A stretch of DNA of 64,000 nucleotides from Sulfitobacter sp. (GCA_049680295.1 JBAUHN010000355.1:8836-72835); one strand, 5' to 3'. Shown: positions 18,547 through 28,775, numbered from the stretch's first letter. Notes: generated by a model from the letters alone, not told the origin. A program made the numbers and translations.

Positions 18547-19524
18547 ATGTCCGAAATCCTGGCGCTGGCCAGCGCGAATCTTTTGTCGCCGATTATCCTG
18601 TCATTCGTACTTGGCCTTTTCGCCGCGATGGCGCGCTCAGATTTGTCCATCCCCGAAGCCGTCGCAAAAGGCATGTCGATTTATTTGCTATTTGCCATCG
18701 GTTTTAAGGGGGGGGCCTCGGTCTCGGATCATGGGGTCGATGCGGCCCTGTTGATGTCGGTTGGCGCAGGGGTTCTCTTGTCCTTCGGGCTCCCGCTGAT
18801 TGCCTTTGCTTTGTTGAAGGTGTTTACAACGTTCTCTCGGCTGGATGCCGCGGCTGTGGCTGCGCACTACGGCTCGATCAGTATCGTAACATTTGTGGCA
18901 GCAACCTCGGTTCTTGAAGGACGGGCGATTGCAGCAGAAGGCTATATGGTTGCCGTCGCCGCCGCGATGGAGGCACCGGCAATCCTGTCGGCCCTTTGGT
19001 TGGTGTCTCGCAATGGTTCAGGCGGGCGAATGGAGCCGGGGCTGATGCGAGAGATCATGCTCAATGGCTCAATCGTCTTGCTGGTTGGTAGCTTTGCAAT
19101 TGGTATCATGACTGGTGAAAAAGGCCTGGACGAAATTGCGCCGTTTATCGTCTCGCCTTTCAAAGGGGTTTTGTGCCTGTTCCTGCTGGACATGGGATTG
19201 GTTGCGGGACGCGGGTTGAGACAATCGAGGGGAATTTTGGGGGTCGGTGCAGTGGCATTTGGTATTGTCATGCCGCTCGTGGGATCAACGATCGGGCTCG
19301 TCTTGGGTATGATGATCGGGCTGTCCACGGGCGGCGTCATTCTCTTGATGGTACTTGCCGCGTCGGCTTCCTATATCGCGGTGCCTGCTGCGATGCGGGT
19401 GGCATTGCCAGAGGCGAACCCGGCACTCTATCTGACACTATCGTTGGGGGTGACGTTCCCATTCAATCTGACCTTGGGTATCCCTCTTTACGTGGCCGTG
19501 GCCACCCAGCTAACAGGAGTCTGA
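18547..19524 (+). CDS. SbtA-like sodium-dependent bicarbonate transport family permease
   Basis: The N-terminus LLSPIILSFVLGLFAAMARSDLSIPEAVAKGMSIYLLFAIGFKGGASV follows the SbtA (Sbt_1) pattern. About 10 TM segments, followed by a PII-like gene. Confidence 0.7.
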   Translation: MSEILALASANLLSPIILSFVLGLFAAMARSDLSIPEAVAKGMSIYLLFAIGFKGGASVSDHGVDAALLMSVGAGVLLSFGLPLIAFALLKVFTTFSRLDAAAVAAHYGSISIVTFVAATSVLEGRAIAAEGYMVAVAAAMEAPAILSALWLVSRNGSGGRMEPGLMREIMLNGSIVLLVGSFAIGIMTGEKGLDEIAPFIVSPFKGVLCLFLLDMGLVAGRGLRQSRGILGVGAVAFGIVMPLVGSTIGLVLGMMIGLSTGGVILLMVLAASASYIAVPAAMRVALPEANPALYLTLSLGVTFPFNLTLGIPLYVAVATQLTGV

Positions 19525-19525
19525 C

Positions 19526-19834
19526 ATGCAGATGACCCCCGCGAAACGCGTCGAAATCGTGATTGAAAAACCACTTGAAGGGCGACTGACCGATGCGCTC
19601 AACAAGGCGGATGTGACGGGTTATACTGTCCTCCCTGTGCGCGGAGGGTCGGGCCGATCCGGGCCTTGGACACGCGAAGGTCAGGTTGGCCGTGCCGGAA
19701 TGGTAATGGTCGTCTGTCTGATAAGGCCCGAACGACTGGACGCGCTTCTTGAATCTGCTTTTGCGGTCGTGGAGCGCCATATCGGTGTGGTATCGGTAAG
19801 CGACACACTCGTCCTCAGGGCTGAGCGTTTCTGA
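19526..19834 (+). CDS. PII-like signalling protein (SbtB-like)
   Basis: 102 aa with ferredoxin-like PII topology: KRVEIVIEKPLEGRLTDALNKADVTGYTVLPVRGGSG...MVMVVCLIRPERLDALL. Starts 2 nt after the permease stop. Confidence 0.65.
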   Translation: MQMTPAKRVEIVIEKPLEGRLTDALNKADVTGYTVLPVRGGSGRSGPWTREGQVGRAGMVMVVCLIRPERLDALLESAFAVVERHIGVVSVSDTLVLRAERF

Positions 19835-20090
19835 CCTCTGACCACAGACCAAAGCGTTGCTCCTGGGTGGACAACAAATCTGAACCGGAAATGGCCTTTG
19901 GGTTTGACAGCCCCGCGTCTTGGGAAAATCATAAAAAAGTCTGGTTTGGCGGGTAAATCCGCGCTCAAATCCGTGGCAATATTCCGGTCTGTGGCGGATT
20001 GGCTATCGCTTTTGGGTTATTGGGCTTAAAAGACCCTGATTATACTGCGACGATCACATCTGACTGACAGAAAGCTGCCCGCTTAAGACT

Positions 20091-21635
20091 ATGCCCAATA
20101 TTCTCGCCTACCTTGTTGTTTTTGGCTACCCGGTTGTCGTGGTTGTCTTGTTTCGCAAACTGCCTGTGCCGGCGGCTTTGACCTGGTCGCTTTTGCTGGG
20201 GTATCTGTTTTTGCCAACGGGTGTCGGGGTCGATGTGCCGATTTTGCCGGCGCTGGACAAGGTGCTGATCCCCAGCCTGTCTGCGGCCATTATGTGCTTT
20301 TTCGTCACCCGCAAGGCCCGCAAACCTGCCCCCGGGCGCGATCCCGCGGCGCGGCGGCGCAAAACGTCCCTGGGCACCAAGGTTTTTCGCCTGCTAGTGG
20401 CAATCTTGATTGTGACCCCGTTCCTGACTGTCAGCCAGAACGCAGAGCCGATCATCGTCGGGCTGATTTATATCCCGGGCATGCGTCTTTATGATGCGTT
20501 TTCGATCATCAACGCGTCTTTGGTGACGATCCTGCCTTTGTTGCTGGGCCGGCATTTTCTTAACACGCCCGAAAGCCATATGACACTGTTGCGGGCGATC
20601 TGTCTGGCAGGCCTTGCCTATTCGCTTTTGATGATGTTCGAGGTTCGGATGAGCCCGCAGCTGAACCGCTGGATCTACGGGTTTTTCCCCCACAGCTTTG
20701 AACAGCATATCCGCGCCGGTGGCTTTCGCCCTCTGGTGTTTTTGAAACATGGGCTATGGGTCGGGATATTCACCGCGATGGCGATCTTGTCGGCGGTGAC
20801 CTTGTGGCTGCATGACCGCGCCGTCGGCAAACGCTCGCCCTGGTTTCTGGCGGGTGTGTGGTTGCTGGTGACCCTGTTTTTTGCCAAGACCGTGGGCGCG
20901 CTGATCCTGGCGGTGTTGATGCTTTTGCTGCTGTTTTTCACCCGGGTGCGCGGGCAGATGATTTTCGCGGTCTGTGTGGCCTCGGTTGTGCTGCTGTATC
21001 CGGTTTTGCGCACTGCCGGATATATCCCGGTCGAAGAGATTTACGAGTTCTCGAAAGCGCGCAGCGAAGACCGCGCACAGTCGTTCAAATTCCGGCTGGA
21101 TAACGAAGACATCCTGCTCGAACGGGCCAGTGAGAAACCGGTTTCGGGCTGGGGTGGCTGGGGACGCTCGCGGGTTTATGATGCGGAAAACAGCGAAGAG
21201 GTCACAACCGCGGACGGGGCCTGGATCATTATCATCGGACAGTCAGGCTGGTTGGGATATATCGCTCAGTTCGGGCTTTTGACCTTGCCATTGCTGTTGC
21301 TGGGTCTGGGGTCCCGGCGCAAGCTAGGGCTGTCGCTGGCCACATCCGGGTTGATGGTGGTGTTATCCATCAATCTGATTGATCTTTTGCCCAATGGCAC
21401 ACTGACCCCCATTACCTTTTTGCTGGCAGGGGCGTTGCTGGGCCGGTATGAACATGCGCGCGCCGCCCTTTGGGGGCAAAAAATCGCCGCTGCCGAACAG
21501 CAAGTGAAGGCCAAGATAAAGGCCCGGCAACCGGCAGACCCCAGTCCGGCCTTTGCGGCGACACCCGCGGCCCCGCCCTCAGGTCCCGCCCGCCATCAGC
21601 GCAGGTCGCGCAGCCAGCCTCTTACCGAAGAGTGA
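20091..21635 (+). CDS. O-antigen ligase / Wzy-like polytopic membrane protein
   Basis: More than 10 TM segments, a central periplasmic-loop region and a Pro/Ala-rich basic tail. Sits among GT genes. Family call is by architecture only. Confidence 0.55.
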   Translation: MPNILAYLVVFGYPVVVVVLFRKLPVPAALTWSLLLGYLFLPTGVGVDVPILPALDKVLIPSLSAAIMCFFVTRKARKPAPGRDPAARRRKTSLGTKVFRLLVAILIVTPFLTVSQNAEPIIVGLIYIPGMRLYDAFSIINASLVTILPLLLGRHFLNTPESHMTLLRAICLAGLAYSLLMMFEVRMSPQLNRWIYGFFPHSFEQHIRAGGFRPLVFLKHGLWVGIFTAMAILSAVTLWLHDRAVGKRSPWFLAGVWLLVTLFFAKTVGALILAVLMLLLLFFTRVRGQMIFAVCVASVVLLYPVLRTAGYIPVEEIYEFSKARSEDRAQSFKFRLDNEDILLERASEKPVSGWGGWGRSRVYDAENSEEVTTADGAWIIIIGQSGWLGYIAQFGLLTLPLLLLGLGSRRKLGLSLATSGLMVVLSINLIDLLPNGTLTPITFLLAGALLGRYEHARAALWGQKIAAAEQQVKAKIKARQPADPSPAFAATPAAPPSGPARHQRRSRSQPLTEE

Positions 21636-22692
21636 TTGCCTGTTCAAACCGCACTGCCGCATCCTCCCATGTATAAGACGCAGCCATGTCTCGGGCTGCG
21701 TCTGACATCGCGCGCCAGGGGGCATCTTCCAGGTTCAGGATATTTGTGATCCCAGCCGCCAGGGCTGTTACATCCTCGACCGGTGCCACATATCCGTTCA
21801 CCCCGTTGCTGATCACGCCCGCCGCACATCCGGTGCGGGTCGCGACAACCGGGGTGCGGCAGGCCATGGCCTCCAGAATGGGCAGACCAAAGCCTTCGAT
21901 CCGGCTGCTGGTCAGGAACACATCGCACATGGCGTAGGTTTCGCGCAGCGCGTCCGGGCTGGGGCTTTGGATATAGGTTGTATTGTCGGGCAGCGGCAGA
22001 TCCTTGTGCGGTGGGATCGCCCCAAAGCAGACCACCCGCAGATCCGGGTGGGTGCGCCGCGCCGCCTCGATCACCGCAAAGCTGGTGTCGAGCCCCTTAA
22101 AGGGCTGCACGGCATACATAAGGCCCAAGGTCGGCACCGGTTGACGTCCGCGCGGCGGCGCATGAAACACCGACAGATCGACACTGTTGGGCACCAGATC
22201 CACATCTGCGTCCCCATAGGTCTGCGCCATCGTGTCTTTCAGCCAGTCGGAAATGGTGATCTTTTTCAAAGGCAGATAGTAGCTGCCCGCACTCAGATGG
22301 CGCGGCAGGTGGGCGTGGACTTCGTGGTGCTGCACAAAATAGAATTTGGCGCCCTTGCTGGCGGACAGCCCCGCCACGGCAAAGGCCGTTTCCCACCAGG
22401 TCGCGATCACCACATCCGCATCAGGCACATCCGCGTCGGTGACGGGCCCGGGGTGATCCAGCAACGTCAGCGGCGCCTGCATCGTGTCGTAATGGGTTGC
22501 CCCCGAAGGCCTGCGTCGCCCAACCAGATCGCGGGCCAGCCCCTTAAGCCGCGCCTTTGACGAAAGCTGCGGCGCAGAGGTGGCGACGACATTTACCTCA
22601 TGGCCACGGGCGCGCAGGGCATCCGCATAGATGGCGACGACGCGCACCCCCCCCGAGAGGTTTGGCGGCGGGCTGACAAAGGTGATTTTCAT
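21622..22692 (-). CDS. Glycosyltransferase family 4
   Basis: MKITFVSPPPNLSGGVRVVAIYA.. start and the GT-B motif SRIEGFGLPILEAMACRTPVVATRTG. Its 3' end overlaps the convergent gene by 14 nt. Confidence 0.85.
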   Translation of the reverse strand: MKITFVSPPPNLSGGVRVVAIYADALRARGHEVNVVATSAPQLSSKARLKGLARDLVGRRRPSGATHYDTMQAPLTLLDHPGPVTDADVPDADVVIATWWETAFAVAGLSASKGAKFYFVQHHEVHAHLPRHLSAGSYYLPLKKITISDWLKDTMAQTYGDADVDLVPNSVDLSVFHAPPRGRQPVPTLGLMYAVQPFKGLDTSFAVIEAARRTHPDLRVVCFGAIPPHKDLPLPDNTTYIQSPSPDALRETYAMCDVFLTSSRIEGFGLPILEAMACRTPVVATRTGCAAGVISNGVNGYVAPVEDVTALAAGITNILNLEDAPWRAMSDAARDMAASYTWEDAAVRFEQAITLR

Positions 22693-22824
22693 AAGGGCTG
22701 CCTTGGTAGTTTGATCCTCTATAAGACAGATCTCGTCCCGGACCAACCGGGGGCTACGGGCAAAAAAGGCGTGATCCGTGATGCCCTAAATTGGCCGTTA
22801 ACCAATCGCTGCTAAAGCTGCCGC

Positions 22825-24624
22825 ATGAAGAAACTGAATTTGCAAATCCTGCATCCCGCAACAACGCGTGGTCATGTCTCGCTGTTTCATCTGATTGTGA
22901 TCGGCTTGTCGCTGACGATGACGATCGGGGCCTGGCAAATCTCTAAGTCCCAGATCGAGACGCGCATCGAGACGCGGTTTGACAGCGCGCGCGACCGGGC
23001 CCTTGGCCTGATCACCGAACGGATGGAGAAATATGAGGATGCACTGTGGGCTGGTGTCTCGGCGATCTCATCGCATGGCGGTGATGTCTCGCATGAGCAG
23101 TGGCGCATCTTTGCGGAAAAGTTGCGGATCAAAGACCGGTATCCCGGCATCAGCGGGATTGGCGTGATCCATTATCTGACGGACCGCGACATGCCGGCCT
23201 ATATGGCCGCCCGGCAGGCGGAACGGCCCGGTTATAAGATCCATCCGGCGCATGCCGAGGCGCTGTATATGCCGATCTCATTTATTGAGCCCGAGGCAAG
23301 GAATGCTGCTGCCGTCGGGCTGGATGTGGCGCATGAACTGAACCGGCGCACCGGGGCGCTGGCCAGCCGCGACACCGGCACCGCGCAGATCACTGGCCCG
23401 ATTGTTCTGGTGCAGGATGCCGGCAGCACGCCGGGTTTCTTGTTCTACGCCCCGTTTTATCGCGGCGGTCATCCTGCCTCGCTCGGGGCGCGCAAGGCGC
23501 GGTTTCAGGGTGCCGTCTATGCCCCTTTTGTCGTGCGCGAATTGATGGCAGGCGCATTGGCCCAAGATCTGCGCGAGGTCAGGTTCAGCATCACCGATGC
23601 GGGCCAGCGTATCTATGACGAACATCTTGCGGATGATCCGCTTTATGATCCCGACCCTCTGCGGACCGATCAGGTCAGTCTGGAACTCTACGGCAGAACA
23701 TGGGTGCTGGACGTCAGATCGAACCTGATCTTTCGCGCCCACAATACATATGATCAGCCGACGTTCATTCTGGTTGCCGGGTTGATCATCGAGGCGCTGA
23801 TCATAGCCCTGCTGGTGCTGATGTCGCGGGCCAATCGCCGCGCGGTGGCTTATGCCGACAGGATGACGGCCGCGCTCAGGCGGAAAACCGAAAGGCTGGC
23901 CCAAAGCAATGAGGAGCTTGAGCAGTTTGCCTATGTCACCTCGCATGACCTAAAGACACCTATTCGCGGCATCGGCGGGCTCACGGAAATGCTGCAAGAA
24001 GACCTGGAGGAATATTTGGCCTCTCCGGGCGCAAATCCAGAAGTTGACCTGAACCTGAACCGCATTCTGGACCGTGTACACCGGATGGATGATCTGACAC
24101 GCGGGGTGCTGGAATATTCCAGAGTTGATACACCCAAGGCGGGGGGCACAACATTGGTTCTGCAAGAGGCGATTGATGCACTGACATCGGACTTTGGCTT
24201 GTTGCCGGGGCAGCTGGCCCTGACTGGCGATATCAAGGTTGTGTGCTATGACACATTCAACCTGCGACGGGTTCTGGAAAACCTTGTCGGCAATGCCATC
24301 AAATACCATGATGGCGTCCAGACGCTTGCCATCTGTGTGTCTGCCCGGGCCAAGGGCGGGCGCTGCGAGATCGCGGTTCAGGACAATGGCCCCGGTATCG
24401 AGCCGCGCTTTCACGGCAGGATTTTCGATGTGTTTCAGACATTGCGGGTTGGGGATGCCCCTGAGAGCACCGGCATCGGGTTGTCGATTGTCAAAAAATC
24501 GGTGGAGCGTCACGGCGGCAAAATCACATTGGATTCGACCCCGGGTGCAGGTGCCAAGTTTTGCTTTGACTGGCCATTGGCGGACGAAGTCAAATTTTAT
24601 CTGGAAACTGGAAAGGCGGCGTAA
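22825..24624 (+). CDS. CHASE-domain sensor histidine kinase
   Basis: N-terminal TM, periplasmic CHASE-like region (GISGIGVIHYL..YMPISFIEP..GPIVLVQD), second TM, HisKA FAYVTSHDLKTPIRGI, HATPase N/G boxes (NLVGNAIKY, DNGPGI, GIGLSIV). Confidence 0.85.
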   Translation: MKKLNLQILHPATTRGHVSLFHLIVIGLSLTMTIGAWQISKSQIETRIETRFDSARDRALGLITERMEKYEDALWAGVSAISSHGGDVSHEQWRIFAEKLRIKDRYPGISGIGVIHYLTDRDMPAYMAARQAERPGYKIHPAHAEALYMPISFIEPEARNAAAVGLDVAHELNRRTGALASRDTGTAQITGPIVLVQDAGSTPGFLFYAPFYRGGHPASLGARKARFQGAVYAPFVVRELMAGALAQDLREVRFSITDAGQRIYDEHLADDPLYDPDPLRTDQVSLELYGRTWVLDVRSNLIFRAHNTYDQPTFILVAGLIIEALIIALLVLMSRANRRAVAYADRMTAALRRKTERLAQSNEELEQFAYVTSHDLKTPIRGIGGLTEMLQEDLEEYLASPGANPEVDLNLNRILDRVHRMDDLTRGVLEYSRVDTPKAGGTTLVLQEAIDALTSDFGLLPGQLALTGDIKVVCYDTFNLRRVLENLVGNAIKYHDGVQTLAICVSARAKGGRCEIAVQDNGPGIEPRFHGRIFDVFQTLRVGDAPESTGIGLSIVKKSVERHGGKITLDSTPGAGAKFCFDWPLADEVKFYLETGKAA

Positions 24625-24637
24625 CGTGGTACGCGAT

Positions 24638-25066
24638 ATGAACATCCTGTTGGTAGAAGACAATGATCTGGACGTTGAGATTCTGAAACGCGGGCTGAAA
24701 AAGATCGGCGCATCGGGGTCACTGGTGCGGGCCCGCGACGGGCTTGAGGCGCTGGAAATCCTAAAGAACGAGGTGGGTAGCGGGCCCGTTCCAGCCCCCT
24801 TTGTCATCCTGCTGGACATCAACATGCCGCGCATGAACGGACATGAATTTCTGGAAGCGCTGCGGCAGAAAGAAGAGATCGCGGATGCGCGCGTTTTTGT
24901 GTTCACGACGTCGGACAGCCAGAAAGACATCTCCCTGGCATACCGAAAAAACACCTGTGGCTATATCGTGAAACCCAATGGTGCCTCTGAGCTGAACAAT
25001 ATCCTGTTGTCGCTGCGCAGCTTTTGGAGGACCTGCGAGTATCCAATGGACGTGTACCCTGCATAG
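24638..25066 (+). CDS. Stand-alone response-regulator receiver protein
   Basis: MNILLVEDNDLDVEIL..FVILLDINMPRMNGHEFL..VFVFTTS..YIVKP. 143 aa with no output domain. Confidence 0.85.
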   Translation: MNILLVEDNDLDVEILKRGLKKIGASGSLVRARDGLEALEILKNEVGSGPVPAPFVILLDINMPRMNGHEFLEALRQKEEIADARVFVFTTSDSQKDISLAYRKNTCGYIVKPNGASELNNILLSLRSFWRTCEYPMDVYPA

Positions 25067-25088
25067 CGGCGCGGGACAGGGCCACCGC

Positions 25089-25496
25089 GTGATCCCTCGG
25101 GGCAGTCTTGGCCGGGTCATGGTCATCGACGACACAGAGGTCGATCAGCTGATGTGCCGGCGTGTGCTTGCGCGCTCAAAAATGGCGACGGATATGATCG
25201 AATTTACCTGTGCGGAAGCTGCGCTGGCCTATCTGGCGGACCCGTCAGAGCCGCCGGTGGATCTGATCCTGCTCGACATTAACATGCCGCGGATGACGGG
25301 GTTTGAATTTCTCGATGCCGCCGACCGCATACTTGGGGCGGGCTGTCTGCCAACCGTTATGATCCTGCTGGGGGGGCCTTTGACCGGGGCTGACAGCCGC
25401 CGCGCGGCTGGCTTTGCGCAGATCAAGGGCCATTGCAACAAACCTTTGGCAGCACAGCACCTGCACATGGCTGCCGGGCTGCTCCGGGCATCCTAA
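25089..25496 (+). CDS. Second stand-alone receiver protein
   Basis: VMVIDDTEVDQLM..DLILLDINMPRMTGFEFL..NKP. Non-ATG start likely. Confidence 0.7.
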   Translation: MIPRGSLGRVMVIDDTEVDQLMCRRVLARSKMATDMIEFTCAEAALAYLADPSEPPVDLILLDINMPRMTGFEFLDAADRILGAGCLPTVMILLGGPLTGADSRRAAGFAQIKGHCNKPLAAQHLHMAAGLLRAS

Positions 25497-25516
25497 ACCG
25501 GGGGTCAGATCGGGGT

Positions 25517-26662
25517 TTAAGCCGGGGACGGCTGAAGACTGCGGCCCGCCAGAGCGCCGATCAGGTCTGTGCGGGTCACAATTCCCAAAAGACGGCCCTG
25601 CTCCAGAACCGGCACCGCATCAACACCGCCTTCAGACATCAGGGCCAACAGCGCTGCAACAGGCGTCGCAGGGGCCGCGCGCGGCCCGGCCGTTTCCATG
25701 ATTTCATGCGCCTGAGCCGGCACCTTGCGACCAGGCAACCGGGTCAGGGTGACCCCGCGGCCCCCCTGTGCCAGCAGATGTATCTGAAAGATGATGCCCA
25801 AAAACCGGGTGTCCCTGTCCACGACAGGCAGTGAGGTGAACCTATGGGCCGCAAACAGCGCCTTGATGTCACCTAGCGGCATATGCGGCCCGACGGTGAC
25901 AAGGTCGCGCGACATGACATCCGCAGCCGTCAGCGGGCCAGTCTGCCGCAGATCAGTCTGATGGGTTGCATTCTGCCGTTCGGCGGCCCCCACCAGCCGC
26001 GCCAGATCCTCGACACCAAGGTTGAAAGACAGATGATACCGATCAAGGATCTCTGTCAGTTCGGCTTCCGACAGGCTCAGGCGTTCCAGCGGGGCGGGGC
26101 CCGGGGTGTCTTGGGCCCTGGGGTCCTCAAATTGACGAAACGGGTAATGGCGCCCGGTGCATTTTGCGTAGATCGCGGCGATCACCACCAGCAAAACAGT
26201 GCCCACCGCAACCGGTGCCAGAACAAAGCGGAACCCCAGATCAGCGATGGCTTCGGGGTTCATTGCGGCGGTCATGGCCACCGCACCTGCGGGCGGATGC
26301 ACCGCACGGCACAGCACCATCGCGCCGATTGTCAGCCCAACGGCCAGCGCAATCCGCAAGGCCGGGTCGGGCAAATACAGACAGGCCAGCACCCCAATCA
26401 ATGCCGCGACCGTATTGCCGACGATGGCAGACCATGGCTGCGCCAGCGGACTGTTTGGCACCGCGAACAGCAAAACCGCGCTCGCTCCGAAGGGCGCGAT
26501 CAGATACAGCCCCAACCGGGTATCGACCGCCGGTGACAGCACAAAAACCCCCGCGACACCCAGCCCCACGAAGGCCCCGAACCCTGCGCGCAATCCCTCA
26601 GTGGGGGATCCTGCGGGAAGGGCCGGACCCATCGCGCGTAAAAACCTGGATACAAAATTCAT
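25517..26662 (-). CDS. HPP-family membrane protein fused to a CBS-domain pair
   Basis: HPP motif (RAVHPPAGAVAMTA) in a four-TM N-terminal part, and two CBS repeats in the C-terminal half (DVMSRDLVTVGPH..; IMETAGPRA..). Start set to the Met at 26662. Confidence 0.75.
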   Translation of the reverse strand: MNFVSRFLRAMGPALPAGSPTEGLRAGFGAFVGLGVAGVFVLSPAVDTRLGLYLIAPFGASAVLLFAVPNSPLAQPWSAIVGNTVAALIGVLACLYLPDPALRIALAVGLTIGAMVLCRAVHPPAGAVAMTAAMNPEAIADLGFRFVLAPVAVGTVLLVVIAAIYAKCTGRHYPFRQFEDPRAQDTPGPAPLERLSLSEAELTEILDRYHLSFNLGVEDLARLVGAAERQNATHQTDLRQTGPLTAADVMSRDLVTVGPHMPLGDIKALFAAHRFTSLPVVDRDTRFLGIIFQIHLLAQGGRGVTLTRLPGRKVPAQAHEIMETAGPRAAPATPVAALLALMSEGGVDAVPVLEQGRLLGIVTRTDLIGALAGRSLQPSPA

Positions 26663-26870
26663 GACGCGCCGAGGTGTCCTTTGGGTGATCGCGTGATCCG
26701 TCAAAGCAAAGGCCGGGGGGGATGTAAAGGTCGCGATCCTGCTGTGGGGAGCACCCCGCATCCGGCCCACCATGGCCACAGAAATATCCAAAAATCGCCA
26801 ACAGCCGGGTGCACACCCTAGGTTGGTGAAACGGCCCCGCGCTTCGGGCCGCCTTAAAGGATGCAGCCCC

Positions 26871-28775
26871 GTGACCGAATACAGACGAGACATTGATGGG
26901 CTGCGCGCGATCGCGATCCTGTTGGTGATCGTGTTCCACTTTAATATTTTCCAGATCGGCAAGGCTGGTTTCATCGGCGTCGATATTTTCTTTGTGATCT
27001 CGGGGTTTCTGATCGGGCACATCATCACCCGTGATCTGCACGCCGGGACATTCACCTTTGGGGGGTTTCTGTATCGCCGGGTGCGTAGGCTTTATCCGGC
27101 GATGCTGGCCACTTTGCTGCTGTTCGGGGTCTTTGGCTATGTCGCCTTTCTGCCCGATCTGTTCAAAGAGCTCGCCGTTGAGGCGGTGTTGTCGCAGCTT
27201 TACGTGGTGAATGTCTATTTCTGGCGCACGGTGAATTATTTTGGCCTGCAAACCGGCGAAGTGCCTTTGCTGCACATGTGGTCGCTGGCGATTGAGGAAC
27301 AGTTCTATCTGATCTTCCCGCTGTTTTGTCTGGGCGTATATAAGATCTGGCCGCGCGGATTGCTGGCGGCTTTTGCGATCAGCTGTGGTGCGTCCTTTGT
27401 TCTGGGGGTGATGGCATCCGGCTGGAAACCCGAGGCGGCGTTTTATTTGCTGCCCACCCGCGCGTGGGAATTCCTGATTGGGGCGGTTCTGGCGCTCAGC
27501 CTCACGCCAAAGGGGCGTATTTTGTGGCTGGCAGGGCCGGTCGGGCTGGCGCTGATTGTTGCCGCTTTGGTTTTGCATACGCCTGCCACGCAGGTGCCGG
27601 GGTGGTACGCGCTGTTGCCGGCTTTGGCGGCGGTGCTGATCATCATCGGCGGCGGGGATGCGCGCGCGCCTGTCACCCGGGCTTTGTGCTGGGGGCCGAT
27701 GGTCTGGCTGGGGCAGATATCCTATCCGCTTTATCTGGTGCATTGGCCGGTGCTGATCGGGCTTAAAAATATTCTGGCGGATTTTGATCTACCCTGGCGG
27801 ATCTTTGGGCTATTGCTGTCGATCGCCCTTGGATTTGCAATCCATGTCCTGGTAGAGCGCCCGGTGAAAAGCCGCCGCATTCTGGCCCGTCCCGCGGCCT
27901 TCCTGAGTGCGACCGCCATGGCCTCAGCCGTGCTGATCGGTACCGGCGTCTACACCCAGCAGACCGACGGCATCCCGACCCGGTTTGCCCCGCCGGTGCG
28001 TGATCTTCTGGCCTATGCGCAGGATCTGCCCGACAGCTATCAGCGGTGCAGTTTTAACGGACAAGCCCCGTCGCAGATGTGCAGGCTGGGCGACCCGCAG
28101 GCCCCGGTCAGCAAGTTAATCATCGGGGACAGCCATGCGCGCGCGCTGGCAGGGGCGGTGGATTTATGGTTGAAAGAGACCGGTCAGGCCGGCCTTTTCG
28201 CCTTTGAACATGAATGCATGCCGATCCCGCGCTTTGGCCGGGCGCGTTGCGTGGATTTTGGCGCCCATATGTTAAATGCGGCGATAGCCGATCGCGCCAT
28301 CGAGGAAGTGATCGCCGTGTCGATCTGGCGTCAGCCCTTTGAAGGCAGCGGTATTCTGTTTGATAACGCATGGCTGACGTCAGACCGCGTGCCACAGGCG
28401 TTTGCAGACACGTTGGCACAGATGACAACATCCCTGTCTGAAAGCGGCACAACACTGACATTGATTGATCCGCTGTTTGCCGCGCCGCGCAATGTGCCCG
28501 CCACTCTGGCCAAGAACGCAGCCTTTGGGCACAGCTGGTCGGTGGACACACCCTTGGAGGCGCATAACCGCTGGTTTACACGGTTGTTTGACGCCTTTGC
28601 ACGGGCTGAAACCATGGGCGCGCGCCGGGTGTCCCTGATTGAAGGGTTCTGCACCGATGGTCTGTGTAAATCGGTCTGGCAGGGGCGGCCGATCTTTTCA
28701 GACAACAACCATCTGGCCTTTAGCATGTCACCTGTGCTGGCATCGGTCCTGACCACCGCGTTTGCCAATCCCTGA
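26871..28775 (+). CDS. OafA/OatA-type O-acyltransferase (acyltransferase-3 membrane domain + C-terminal SGNH domain)
   Basis: YRRDIDGLRAIAILLVIVFH..FFVISGFL AT3 signature, about 10 TM segments, then LIIGDSHARALA (GDS block). Start is GTG 26871 or ATG 26772. Confidence 0.8.
   Translation: MTEYRRDIDGLRAIAILLVIVFHFNIFQIGKAGFIGVDIFFVISGFLIGHIITRDLHAGTFTFGGFLYRRVRRLYPAMLATLLLFGVFGYVAFLPDLFKELAVEAVLSQLYVVNVYFWRTVNYFGLQTGEVPLLHMWSLAIEEQFYLIFPLFCLGVYKIWPRGLLAAFAISCGASFVLGVMASGWKPEAAFYLLPTRAWEFLIGAVLALSLTPKGRILWLAGPVGLALIVAALVLHTPATQVPGWYALLPALAAVLIIIGGGDARAPVTRALCWGPMVWLGQISYPLYLVHWPVLIGLKNILADFDLPWRIFGLLLSIALGFAIHVLVERPVKSRRILARPAAFLSATAMASAVLIGTGVYTQQTDGIPTRFAPPVRDLLAYAQDLPDSYQRCSFNGQAPSQMCRLGDPQAPVSKLIIGDSHARALAGAVDLWLKETGQAGLFAFEHECMPIPRFGRARCVDFGAHMLNAAIADRAIEEVIAVSIWRQPFEGSGILFDNAWLTSDRVPQAFADTLAQMTTSLSESGTTLTLIDPLFAAPRNVPATLAKNAAFGHSWSVDTPLEAHNRWFTRLFDAFARAETMGARRVSLIEGFCTDGLCKSVWQGRPIFSDNNHLAFSMSPVLASVLTTAFANP

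Noticed and set aside
26663-27055. N-terminal extensions in the ORF track, for example 25517-27055, 43121-45055, 10717-12216, 13238-14290, 16568-17476, 17487-18176, 18433-19524 and 7233-7823.
   Set aside because: The family-homologous part begins at an internal Met, often with a better RBS or a signal peptide. The extensions are low-complexity or overlap neighbouring genes or promoters. Starts were therefore moved downstream.
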